Both the position numbers and the translations under genes were made by a program. Of a stretch of 64,000 nt of DNA, positions 33,548 to 46,044 are shown piece by piece (positions within the stretch are counted from its first letter, which is position 1; the number at the start of each line of letters is the position of its first letter). The notes under the pieces were generated by a model. It saw only the letters and a program-made list of their open reading frames with translations, was not told the DNA's origin and ran no database searches. Source of the DNA: Macrostomum lignano (taxonomy: Eukaryota); contig NIVC01000027.1 of NCBI GenBank assembly GCA_002269645.1, forward strand, positions 124,001-188,000, in the 5' to 3' direction.

Positions 33548-36246
33548 TCACACATGGCCAATCACTGGCGGCAGTGTCAGCCCCCGTTCAGCCAGCAGGG
33601 CAACATTATTAAGCTTTGGCGGCGCTGTTCTGGTGTGCCAGACAAGAATTCTGCTGCAATCGTTGGCCCGAGCTTCCAGGTCAGACTGACGGACGCCCAG
33701 GCTGGTTAACAGCAGGCTCTCCTGTTGATGCGTTGAAACGGCGTAATTCTTTTAATTACATTACTATTAAGAATCTGCGCATGGTAGATATACCAAATTA
33801 GGTAGATATACCTAAAACCACAAACCAGTAGATATCCCAAATCAGCAGATATCCCAAACCATTAGATATCCCAAACCAGTAGATAACTTAAATCAGTAGA
33901 TATCCCAAATCAGCAGATATCCCAAATCAGCAGATATCCCAAATCAGCAGATATCCCAAATCAGTAGATATCCCAAACCTGCAGATATCCCAAATCAGTA
34001 GATATCCCAAACCTGCAGATATCCCAAATCAGTAGATATCCCAAACCTGCAAATATCCCAAATCAGTAGATATCCCAAATCAGCAGATATCCAATTATAC
34101 AATTTCAAATGGATACTCAAATGACTAGAGCTAGCTAATGCGAGCAAATCCGATACCTGAAATCCTCTTTCAACCTTGTAGGCCAGTTTGGCTGCCGGTC
34201 GCTCATGCAGCAGCTGCAAATTGATGGCGAAACCGGCCATGTCCAGGGGAAACTGGCGGTGCGGCTTGAACGCGACAATCCAACCCTGTTTTTGAGGTGG
34301 CGGAGTTTTTAATGCCAGTTCTTTGTGTACTTTTCAAATGCATTTGTGAGTACGTCATGCCTGTGGAAGTGTCTTAGCCTAATGGCTGTGAAAGTGTGGT
34401 AGCCTAATGGCTGTGGGAGTGTGGTAGCCTAATGGCTGTGAAAGTGTGGTAGCCTAATGGCTGTGGGAGTGTGGTAGCCTAATGGCTGTGGAAGTGTGGT
34501 AGCCTAACGGCTGTGGGAGTGTGATAGCCTAATAGCTGTGAGAGTGTGGTAGCCTAATAGCTGTGAGAGTGTGGTAGCCTAATGACTATTCTGGTAGCCT
34601 AATGACTATTCTTGTAGCCTAATGACTATTCTGGTAGCCTAATGACTATTCTTGTAGCCTAATGACTATTCTGGTAGCCTAATGACTATTCTTGTAGCCT
34701 AATGACTATTCTGGTAGCTTAATGACTATTCTGGTACCCTAATGACTATTCTGGTAGCCTAATGACTATTCCGGTAGCCTAATGACTATTTTTGTAGCCT
34801 AATGACTATTCTTGTAGCCTAATGACTATTCTGGTAGCCTAATGACTATTCTGGTAGAGTAAGAGCTAGCTATTTTGTAGCTAAATAATATGAAAAATGA
34901 TGCCTTAAAGAACAAAATGTACTTTTAATAACGCAATAAACCAACGCCTGCTTACTAGTACTCGACCATGAGCACAGCGAATTCCCTCGTACAGCAGGCC
35001 GCCAGCAAAGGCTACAGGCCATACCGATACTCGCCGAGTAGCCCTAATCTCGTCAAACAATCGCACATCATAGGTATTGTCATCGTCAGCTATGTACATA
35101 ACGCCAGTTCTAGACGGATCGTTGCGTAACCATTCGAAAGCCAAATTGCGCTGTCTGACACCCTCCGGCCGCCACCAATAGGGCTCAGTTGACTTGAGCT
35201 TCTCATCCTCTGGTGTGGCCACGTATAGATGAGTATAAGAAAGCACACCGCAGTTCCCAATGGTGTCGGCAACCAGAGACGATGGAGAATCGGCGTCTTC
35301 TACAACTAGCCAGTGAATTGCAGGCACTCTGGCGAGGGTGTTGCAGAGTCTAGTGAGTTCAGCTCGCTGCTCAGGTCGCCTAGAGTTAAGGTTGAGACAT
35401 TGTTGCGTAACTAAGGCAGAAGTCCGTAGGGAAACGCTCAAATTTTTTTACCAGTGTACACTTGGCAACGTGTTAAAGCTTCCACCCCGAAACGGGGGTT
35501 TCATAACTCCGAAAAGCAGCTTGTTTTCATATCTCCGACACTTCATAACTCCGACAATTCATGTCTCCAACCAACTTAACCCTAACGGAGAAATGAAGTC
35601 TCGAAGATATGGTGTCAGAACTGTGAGATTCTGCTGAACTGAAGTGTCAGAGATATGAAATTTCGGATATATAGGCCCCCACTAACACTAATTTAACCAA
35701 TCAAAGCCACGCCCGTAGTTTTCGTCTCAAATAGGGATGATGCAATTTGCGTCACAAGGAGGCCCTAGCATAGGTTGGTGAGGAGAGAGTGAGAAGTAAT
35801 GGCTAGCGTTGTATTAAAGCTACCAGTCTCAATTCTCAGTCCTTATAATCTGGTTTCGGGTGGAAACTATAACATGTTGCTGAGAGTGCAATCGATGCAT
35901 TGTTCGAACGGATAATAAATGTGCAAAAGCAGTCATGTGATGAAATTTGTACTTGGGGTAAATTTACATTGTTGCTATTATTGTGTTTAGGCTAAAGTCC
36001 AACTGTGTTATAACCTTACTTGTAAGTAGCTGTCACAACATAGATAGTTGGTAAGATATTCCCATTGGAGGCAGCCCTAGAATCCAACTGACAAATCCAA
36101 ATACCGAATGTTAGTCCAAGCACAAATGCACAAATCAATGGCAGCAGGACTGCTAGTCGACAATATTGATGAGTTCGCCAAAAATACTGCCATACAATGC
36201 GTTTAAATGATTTTCTGTCTCCAATGCACCGACTGTTAGGTGGCAT
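33548..36246 (-). CDS. B3GAT3: Galactosylgalactosylxylosylprotein 3-beta-glucuronosyltransferase (GT43, B3GAT family), 4 exons
   Basis: Exons 36246-36020, 35379-34956, 34285-34157 and 33721-33548. N-terminal TM segment, then LPTIYVVTATY, HWLVVED, QRNLA, YIADDDNTY (DxD), VSVWPV, FPLDMAGFAIN, ES.LL and ILVWHTRT. The paralogue identity within B3GAT1-3 is uncertain. Confidence 0.92.
33826..34092. repeat. 17-bp repeat GATATCCCAAATCAGYA, B3GAT intron 3
   Basis: Direct reading. Confidence 0.92.
34370..34858. repeat. 25-bp then 20-bp arrays sharing GGTAGCCTAATG, B3GAT intron 2
   Basis: Direct reading. Confidence 0.92.
35494..35680. mobile_element. Small fold-back (MITE-like) element in B3GAT intron 1
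   Basis: 19/20 inverted repeat at 35526-35545 and 35640-35659, GGGG..TCCGAA / TTCGGA..CCCC ends, and a central TAACCCTAAC. No TSD seen. Confidence 0.45.
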
Positions 36247-37394
36247 GATTGCCACATTGAGGTGTAGCAGATAAGCATATATGCAGCAGATCAAGGCATA
36301 AAATATGGGTTTAACAAGACACTTTCTTAACAAATCAGTGCTATGATTAGTCAATTTATAACTACTTATTTAATGATTTAAAATAATAAAATAAGAAACT
36401 GATTTCTATATAATTCTAGATTATTCCTGGTTTTAGATTCTATGAATAATAGACTAATAAGTACTTAAGCCAAGACAACATGCAAAAAATCTAAACAAAT
36501 TAGGCCTAATCATTTCAAATTGTCTTAATGATGTAACCACGCTCTGGTCGCGGGATAGGGCAGGGGAACTTTTTCGAAAGTGCCTCCTATCGCCGTGCAC
36601 CCCCTGCACAGAGCTGTTGAGACTCGGCCGGTCTTCGACCAGGCCTGGAGACTCCCGCTCTGCTGCAACCCCCCTGCTGCCTTGGCTCCGTCTCCCCTGC
36701 CGCCACACTTGCCTTTCCGGAGCTCCCCCTCCCTCTTTGTACCCTCCCCCTCTACCTTATCTCCCCTGCGCGCCTCCCTATTCTCTATGCACTCTTCCTG
36801 TCTCCCCTCTTTTTTTGCCCCTTTTCGCCCTATTTTCCTGCGCTGTCCTCCCTTTCTCTGCGTCTACTTACAGTATTCTGTGCGCTCACCGTCACCCCAT
36901 TCCTTCTCAAACTCTCAAATGGTGACGCAAGTCGTGTGAACCCTTCTTCCCCTCGATGACTCATCGATGACTCACCCCCCTCTCTTGCGCAACCTTTTCT
37001 CACGCCATTGTTCTCCCCCCCAAATTTCTCATGCGACACCCACCCCACCTCCGCTTCTATTGTTCTCGTTTTTTATTCTTTTGTTCTCTTTACCCCCACC
37101 AATTATCACATTTTCTCCGATTTTCTCTTTCTATTGTTCTCGTTTTCGCATCTAATCACCTTTTCCCCAATGTTTGCTTTTCTATTGTTCTCGATTCTCC
37201 CCAATTATCCCCGATTTCCAATTCCTTTGTTCTCGACCCCAGCCCCATTGTTCTCAATGTTTGCTTGCGCAACACTTTCGCGACCACCCGCTGCGCCAAT
37301 TATCCCCCCACCCCACCTCCGGATTGCGCAATTTCCCTTTTTCTCATGTTGCTATGCCGGTCTCATGCTTCTCATCATGACTCATTCTGCCAGC

Positions 37395-37790
37395 AGCCAA
37401 TCAGAGAGAGGGAGTCATGGAAACGACCTTGGAGCGGCGGCTGGGAAGGCTATATAAGGAAGCGGTTTTCGGCATGAGAAGACTCAACTTTTGCCCACCT
37501 TTGGGCTCCTCGTCTTTCTTTAGACTTGCCGTCAGACTGAGTTCTGACCCATTCGTCTATAAGACGAATCCCTGCCGGTCCGCGGTCTGTTACCGCCAAG
37601 TTATCTTCAGCTCCCCAAGTGAGCTCGCCTATTGGCCAGCGGTCTGACACCGCCCAGCATCATCAGCTTCGCCTGATCTACACCAGCGCCTCGTCGCTTC
37701 AGCGCATCGCCGCTTCACTGTCCGCCTGACTGCAGCCTACAGCCGCCCTCTCTCTCTCTCTCTCTCTCTGTGCAGCTGCCGGTAAGTTCC
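37395..37790 (+). promoter_or_regulatory. Candidate (possibly bidirectional) promoter and non-coding first exon
   Basis: CCAATCAG near 37399, TATATAA at 37451-37457, ATTGG near 37632, a (CT)n tract, and a strong donor CCG|GTAAGT at 37782. Lies divergent from B3GAT. Confidence 0.35.
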
Positions 37791-39346
37791 TATTACTGAT
37801 TTGTGCTGTAATTGCCTTTGCTTATCCGGAGTTTGCCTATTTTTCCATTGTCTGATTAGAGAGCTGAGCCTTTTGCTGTATTTTTACTCAATAGTGAAGC
37901 CGCCTAATTGCCTGATTATTTGCCTAAGGGCCTAATTATTAACTATTAACTAACCTCATCATTATTCACTCTTTCACCATCATTTCACTCATGGCTTGCT
38001 AAGCCTTTCTCCCGCGGTGGCAAAGCATAGGGAAGTTTGGGGAAGCTAATGGCCTCTCCCCGTGCAAAGCCCGCCTGTGAGTGCGTGCTGTGGGGCCGCG
38101 TGTGTGTGCAGTAGAGGGATTAGCGAGTCTTGGCACAGAATGGCAGTAGGAAGGTTGCAACCCTATGCTGACGCGTCCCTTCGCCCTGAGCAATCTAAAC
38201 TATAGACAGTACATGTTCGCCTCATACTACTCTTAGTAATCAAAGTCGCAAGTCAGTCTCGCTCACAGCCACAAAGGATCCCCTGCTGAGAAATCCTCCA
38301 GGATTGAGCCTAGAGTTCCCGATCATGCCCCAAGCAGAGTCCCTGTACTCGGCTGCATGCGTCTCCCCTGTTAGCCTAAATCCCCTGGTAACCAATCCAG
38401 GCGGGGCTCTAGCCTCGAGAGGTCTGGTAGCAAGATCCAGGTGCGCCAGGTCACATAGAGTGGTGGCAGCCACTTGGTCATACCATGACCAAGTGAACAA
38501 CTATTGCACCTTGGCTACAGGTGGGGTCCATGTGGGTCCTTGGCCCTCTGGTCACAAAGCGCTACCAAAGCTATCAATCATGTGGGCGAGATAGTCTGGT
38601 GCTGGAGGTCCATCAGGTCATTGCCCAGTCATAGGCAGCCTATGGTCATTGCCCCCTCTAGTCATGCGGTTCATTTCTCAACGGAGTGGACAGGCAACAA
38701 GGGCAGTTACATCATTAATTTAAAAAAATAATTTCATTTAAGTTACAAAAAGTGAGATTTTTGAAAGAAAAAATTCACAGAATAAATAATCATTTAGGAT
38801 TCTAAATTGGAATACCCAAATAGTGATTTATATATGATAGTCTTTTTTATTTATATGATTACAAAGCAACTTTTAAATATAAAGGACTCAAAAAAGATTT
38901 TTTAAAAGTATTTTTAGCATTTTTATTCCATTTGATAAATTTTACTGGCCTCAAAAAAGACACAACTTAGGAAACTAGTTAAAGTAAAAATAGTAAAGAC
39001 GTTACTAAACCTTTTTTATCTTTAATGGTAGAAACGGCAGTTTTTTAGAGTTTATAGAGTTTTTGAAAAGCTTATATTTCTGCAATATTACTCATTGTTG
39101 AATTTTAGTGGACTTTAGAAAATTGTTACTTTGCTTAATGATGCTGCTAAGATGATGCTCTAACTGCTAGGCAAATCATTGAGATGCTTAATGCTCAAGG
39201 ATCAAGTAATGGAGCATGCTTGTAGTTTGTAGTTGTATGTCATATACACAATTGGCAAAGCAGTTCTAGCTATTGTTATTATATGTGTTATGAATTAAGA
39301 CCAAGTAGACCTAGCATGCAAAAAATGCATCTAATTGTATCTCAAT

Positions 39347-40232
39347 TAGGGATTCCAAAATCCCGACATTTTACAATCCCGGGATTGAATAGTCCCGAAA
39401 TCCCGATGCTGTTGAAATCCCGGGATTCAAAATCCCGGAATCCCAGTGCTTTTGCAATCCCGGGATTAAAAATCCCGGGATTCGATTCCCAAAAAAAATC
39501 CCGGGATTCAAATCCCGGATTTTTGGCCCCAATCCCGAAATTGCTAGACGGACTGTGCGGCGTGCCGCGTGCAGTAGTCATGGTCTCGCGACTCTCAGAG
39601 TCTCAGGGCCTTTTCATATTACCAATTCCAGAACCAGAATCGGTTCGGAATTCGAAGAAAAACAGCAGTATAACTATTAAACTCTGTTAATATTTGACTG
39701 CCTTAACAGCCTCACTTTGCACGATTTTTCACTTTCTTCTTGGCGACTGTCATTCAATAATAAAAACTTTATAGCACGTATCTCCCTCTAGTTATGGAGA
39801 CAAAAAGTTTATACTTCACAAATTGGTTCTTGTTCTGGAACCAGAGCAAGCAATATGAAAAGGCCCTCAGTCTCGTCTTGTGGTAGAAAACGAAAAAAAG
39901 TTAAAATTATCTATCATTTACAGTTCACATTAACAATTTTTAGCTCAATTAGGACAGGAGCTTTGCAAATGTTTAACGTTTTATTGAGAAACAGCAAAAA
40001 CAAATAAATGTTTTATTATTCAAATAAACGTTTAGACTTTAAATTATCTAATTTAGGCATTGAAAGGTCGTTCTAATCCCGGACCAATCCCAGGATTAAG
40101 GCCTTGAAATCCCGGGATCCCGATCCTGGTCTTTTGCAATCCCGGGATTAAAAATCCCGGGATTCGATTCCCAAAAAAATCCCGGGATTCAAATCCCGGA
40201 TTTTTGGCCCCAATCCCGGGCCCCAATCCCTA
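39347..40232. mobile_element. Non-autonomous hAT-type MITE, 886 bp, rich in AATCCCGGGATT palindromes
   Basis: Ends TAGGGATT...AATCCCTA. 8-bp TSD ATCTCAAT at 39339-39346 and 40233-40240. A ~100-bp subterminal block occurs twice in direct orientation (~39436-39536 and ~40131-40218). Confidence 0.85.
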
Positions 40233-43200
40233 ATCTCAATGCCTCTAAGAATGAATCTAGGAGCTATATATATAGCCACAAAGAAGTTCTTGAGGCTGGC
40301 AGTGATAGCCTAGATAGCTGTATAGGCAGCAATAGCCTTATTTATAACAGTGACAATTTAAGACCGCACTATCAAATATTGTCACACATCTATTTCTTAT
40401 GAAGCCTTGCATAGTGAATAAAAGCACTTGTGTAACATTTACATTATATGTTGCTACTTTTGGTCTAGCATTTTGAAAGATGCACTTAAAATGCAGACAT
40501 TCTTAGAACCATTGGCCACCCAATGGAGGCACTTTCTTCAAACTGAACTAGAGAAGCACACAATATGTTCGATCATTTTTGACAAGAGATATTATATACA
40601 TACATAACATGTATGTATATAATATGTTTCCTACAATGCTTCACTATAAATAAAACAGGTTATGCACTGTCTGCACCCAAGGTATAAAACTTTTGAAACA
40701 ATAGTTTTTAAAAGATATCTGCTGACTCACCTATCTATAGAACACATGGTCTATATCTATAAAGCAGGTGATAAACACAATGCTCTATTGCTGGAATTTT
40801 ATCAGCAAACCAATAAAATGATAGCTAAACTATAGCTTAACAATAACCACTAAAATTCTAAAAAATAGCAAGTAGGTCTTTCTTGACAATCTCATTAAAG
40901 TGGACAAGTGTCTGCTAAAAGCAAAGAACTTTAAGCAAGTCAAAACAAAATGCATAAAGATGAATCTGATTGCTAGCTGACTACATTCAATAATCAGTAA
41001 TACAATTCAGAGAAATGAAGATCCACTTGGCAGTGCCAGTTTGGAAAACTCTTAAGGGAATATTAAAACCATTACAGTGCATCCTTTTGAGCTCACTATG
41101 CTCTCCAAAGGTCAACTCAGAATGATCCTTGATAGCATGCACAAGAGGCATGTATTGTATTTTGATGCTACTAACAGAATTGTCAAAAAAGTGTATGTAA
41201 CTGGCAAACCATTTTTGTATTTAACCATATCATAGCAACAATATTTTACTATGACACTGTTTAGCACACATGGTGCAGTACAAAATATTTTGTTGGCTTT
41301 TACTAAGAGAGTTGCAGAATACAAGTCAGTTGAGACTCTAAATGTTTTTAACACATCTGAAATGAAAGTTTTTTGAAATACATCATTCATGGGAATTATC
41401 TATGACACAACTAGCATATGCCAAAAGTTGCCTTTCTTTGCAAAGTTTGCCTACTATATTAAGATAGATGCCACAAGTGAAAATTACAATATGGTAAATT
41501 ATATACATGAGTATAAAGGATTTGATGTAAATTAGGAAAGGAAAGAGCTAGGCAATGGTTCTTATGGATGTATTGGTATAATGGAAAGTTATTAAAAAAT
41601 GGGAGTGTGAAAAATAGGCAATATGCTTGCCATATATTTATAGATATTATTTGGTTTTTGAGAAAGTTCTAGAAATATTTCTTGCAGTACAACAAATTGT
41701 AATTGCATTTAAATTGTGGCTAATTTTTCTGATGCTACTTAAATAAAATTAATTAATTATTAACCATTAATAAATGCTTGAAATTAGAATACATTAAGCA
41801 AAGAGAAATTTCTAGAAAGATTGCTACATACGAATTTTTAGGATTTCTGATTTCTGATTTCTAGAATGTTCAATCATTATAGTAAATGGAATTTTCCATT
41901 TTATAGTAATTGGACATTCTATGCCAAGCTTACAATTTATTATTTTTATTCAATTTAAAAAGTACTTATCAAAAGCATTTAACTTTTCATGTCATCATTG
42001 TAATTAGCATTTCCCATGATAAAGAATTTATAGTTTGTTATTAACCCAATCAAATGAAAACTAGATATACATAGGCCTATACTCATAAAAGTTTTTTTTT
42101 TGTCTAATTTTTTTTGCTTTTTATTTCATAGTGACTTAATTTGCCAACCATTGATTTATGAAGTCAATTTGCTAAAAACTTTGCCAAAATTTTTGTCTAG
42201 ACTTCTAAGTCAATAGTACTATACATAGTGGGTGCTAGAAATTTGTCAATTGGCATTTTGTCAATGGTTGATAGACTTATATACAACTGATGAATGACTA
42301 TATTTTTCTTAATTCTATTTTGTCTATTTTGTGACAATTATTTTAAGGTTATTTATTTTGGTAACATTACTTTGGTTTTGGTACCAAATATATATAGAGC
42401 ATTGAGTGTTTGCTTAAAAGTATTAATTTTTAGTTTTAAGGGTTACTAAGTGGCCTATTTAATATTTACTTAGACTTCAATTGTTTATCATTAATTATCA
42501 TATATTATATTATTATAAATAATATTATAGTAGATTATAGGTCCATTTGCTATCTCTAATCATGTACTTAATCATGTTTTAAGTGTTTCAATTAGCAATT
42601 GATTAAATTGGCAAAGTTTAGAAGCCTAACTACTGACTGGCTAATTAGTTTTGATTTAAGGTTAATGATAGCTTCCTAGTTGATAAAATGCCAATTGATA
42701 ATTTGACTAGGATCCTATGCAACATGGTCAACAAGTTTTTATTAATGTTTAAAGAATATTTAATGCTATGCTAAAAGTAGACCTAGGCTATGGCTATATA
42801 ACAATTGAATTAATAATAGGCCTTTAGATTGATATATATTAGGTAGGACCTACACAAGTAGGCAACCATTTTAAAATAAAAATAATCAAATGAACAAATT
42901 ATATTTGTGATAAATTAATTGATGGTCATGATCATAGTCATAGTCAGTTGTGATCATTAATTGAAATAGGAGATTTCAGTTGTTAATTGATCAATATAAG
43001 ACTATCAAACCACTATATAATCATAGGCCTAACTAGCTAACCTATAAAATAATTTGTTAAATTATTTTCTCATGGGTTATTAAGTGATCTTAGCATTTTA
43101 GAAATCCAAAAGGCTTAAATAATATTAAATTAATGCTTTAGAATAAAAGAACAAAACAAATTAAATTGATAGTGATCATAGTCATGAGGCACAAGAACTT

Positions 43201-44613
43201 GCTGTTACTATATACATATGTACTTGTATAAACTTCATGCTATTGTCTATGATTGTTATAGCCAAGATTATTTTCATATTAGTAGTATATACTGGTTCTA
43301 ATGAGAGAAAAAATATGACTGCATTTGTATACTATACTAATATCATTATACCAATACTAAGACTAAAAAATGTGTTACTAACATAATGTTTCCAGTTTTG
43401 AATTTCCATTAGGCCTAGTATTATATCATGTATATTAGGTTTCCATACATTTTGGTGCTTGTGCTTTTAGATGTACAGCTTTTAGGTAGGGCCTATCCTA
43501 GATTGCTTTTTGATACCCTGGCCTAGTTTATAATGCCAAAAAATAATAAAAAGAATTCTAATAGCAAATATAATAAATACTTTACAAAACTTTTAGGCAG
43601 TATCCATTTTGTTAAACTGGTGTTTTTAAATTTTGAAAAAAACTAGTCAATTTAATAGTCATGCATTTGTTGTATATTGTATCTTATGTTATAATTATAA
43701 ACTATAAGGTTGCCCTTAGCATGCATGCTAAGAAGAGTTATTTAGGTAAAGATGAAATCTATCAACAATGCTAATTAATTGTAGTTTAGATCAAAATTAT
43801 GAAATATGACAAATCTATTCTATTATTAATTTTTTGGGTCATAGGGTCTATGATATGATCCTATTTTATTTATTGAAAAATCAAATCAAAAGAAAAAAAT
43901 GAAACGAAATGAGACCACTTTTTAAATTAAAACACTAGGGGGCCTATGTCAGCTTAACAAAATGAAGAATAGGCCTAAGCCCTACCTTAGTTTTTTAAAG
44001 TAAATAAGTACTGCAAATTAAAAAGCACTTATTGCTAAATTAAGGCTTAGCCAAGATATCCTAGTATATTACCTTCCAAACTAGCCTATGATTATTGATT
44101 ATTCATGATTATTGCTACCTATTGTTTAGAAAAACAAAGTTGCTCTGTTTTTTATTATAAAATAATGCTTTAATGTTTGTTAAATAAGCTTTTTGGATTC
44201 TTTAAATACTAAGAACATTTTAAACAATGAAAAAAATTAATAGGGCCTAAACAATTCTATAGGTTGCAAGATAGCTACCTAACCTAATGTTTTCTGGCTT
44301 TTGTCCTTTTGATAAATAAACTTGGTAAAAAGATTAATTTAACTATTTTATCAAATCAACTTGGTAAAAATGTTTTTGGTGGATTATCTAGATTCTAGAA
44401 CACTTTTGTTTTGTTTAATAGGCCTTTATTCATGTCATAAAATTTTCTTGCAAAGTTAGGCCTGTTTATTTGCGAAAAAAAACTATTTTATATATAATAT
44501 TTTACACTGTAAATTTAGGACACATATTGGCAAGGTCCAACTTCAAGTCATGGGACCCTCACTAATAGGCCTAGGCCTACTAATAGTAATAGTCCTTTCC
44601 AATTCCAATATAT

Positions 44614-45148
44614 TAGGGGTTGACAAGGCAACCTCTAGCCTATGGGCCAGATCCAGCCTGCAAAGACTTTCTATGCAGCCTGCAAACTTCCTTTATCTTC
44701 ATTTTTAAAATCTGGCCTGCACCTTTAGGCTTTATTGTAACTGCATTGTTTCATCCACAAAAGTTTTATGCACTAAAAATGGGGAATTTCTTTCCTCAAT
44801 TGCTAACTTAAATGACAAAAAGTAATGAAACACGAACTGAGTATAAGTGGCTGTTTACAAAGTCTAGACTAGATAACACATCAGTTAAAACTTGAACAAA
44901 ATAGAAATAGGGGAACTGGCGGCAAAGGAAAGTGAGATAGTGATGGGCTAACAATGGGGGGTTACAAATGTAGTAAATGCAGTAATGTACTAAAAGACCC
45001 AGGGGGGGAGTTTTGGAGGGTAAACACCCAATGAGGGGGGGGCAGAGTAATCAAGGGGGGAGTAATTGAGGGGGGGCAGCCTGTTTCCTGTGGTCTTGAA
45101 CTGAAAACCCTATTTGGCCCTTAAGTGGAAAAAGGTTGCCAACCCCTG
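44614..45148. mobile_element. Non-autonomous hAT (Charlie-like) MITE, 535 bp
   Basis: Ends TAGGGGTTG(acaa)GGCAACC and GGTTGCCAACCCCTG. 8-bp TSD CAATATAT at 44606-44613 and 45149-45156. Confidence 0.85.
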
Positions 45149-45483
45149 CAATATATAGACGCAGGTTGAAGTTGAAAAAGCTAGAAAAAATTCACCGAAG
45201 TACCTGGTTATTGGTTTAATTTACAAGATCTAAGAATTTGGGTGAGTAATTTTCAAATTAAGATTTGGCTTTTGAGTTTGAGTTTTAAAGCAAGAAGTCA
45301 AGACTAGATGTCAAGATAAATTAATTTGTCAAAATTGTTAAAACGGAAACAGGATTAGGCCTAATGTGATGATAAGTTCCGAGAAAGCGCTGGCGTGGGC
45401 TAGTGCAGCATAATGATAGGCAACTAGGCCTATCGTCTTTGTCTATCGCATGCCATGACATCACCTTGCGTGGTCAAGTTATA

Positions 45484-45755
45484 CTCAGCAACATTGAAAG
45501 TCGCCACTCTATGCGCCAGTGAGCAAAATTTCTCTTGGACTATTCTGAATTAAAAGATATGAGAAAACTGATCAGGGTAGCTTTAATCCGTCCAACCCTC
45601 GCACACCGCTCCCCCCACTTCATTCTTCAACTCAAGTCTGCCGTAGCGTAGCTGAGTTGCGTCACTCGTAAAGATTGAGAGACTTTACCTGCACTCTCAA
45701 AAGTGGCGACCACAGACGGAATCTTCTGTGATGGCGACTTTTCGATGTTGCTGAG
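45484..45755. mobile_element. TA-flanked MITE (Tc1/mariner-like), ~272 bp
   Basis: Inverted termini CTCAGCAACATTGAAAGTCGCCA and TGGCGACTTTTCGATGTTGCTGAG, both flanked by TATA. Confidence 0.7.
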
Positions 45756-46044
45756 TATAAGTACTAGCAATCTAGCGCCCCCCTTCGGGGTGGCCAATAA
45801 GCAAGGGACGAATCCTTTAAAATGAAAAAAAAATTCTTAGGGAGGGGGGCTAGGAATCGAATTCTCATTTTAATTCCAGGCTTATGTACCAATAAAACAT
45901 GTTTGTGCAGAATTTTATAACAGACATTGAAATTCAACCATACTTGCCTTCTTTCAGAGCTACTTCTACCAGTATGCTTCAGTACGCTACCAGTACCCTT
46001 GCAAGCCTTGACATGTCAGCAATCCCCCCCCCACAAGCCTTAAC

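Noticed and set aside
38000-38710. GC-rich island with an 11-bp perfect palindrome (CACTTGGTCAT-ACC-ATGACCAAGTG, 38471-38495)
   Set aside because: Probably a TE remnant, but I recognised no domain, termini, TSD or ribozyme core, so I made no call.
41112-41390. 92-aa minus-strand ORF (and similar short ORFs at 44620, 50280, 53833, 56276, 61802)
   Set aside because: No recognisable domain. Several lie within non-coding TE termini; for example, the shared LNIRKT derives from the DINE-like 3' motif.
41535-41595. ERKELGNGSYGCIG resembling a kinase glycine-rich loop
   Set aside because: It is bounded by stop codons, and no further kinase subdomains or convincing splice partners are visible.
45165-45241. 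Possible exon (GCAG|...TTGG|GTGAGT) of the + strand transcript starting near 37.7 kb
   Set aside because: It has stops in all three frames, a weak polypyrimidine tract abutting a MITE, and no supporting evidence.
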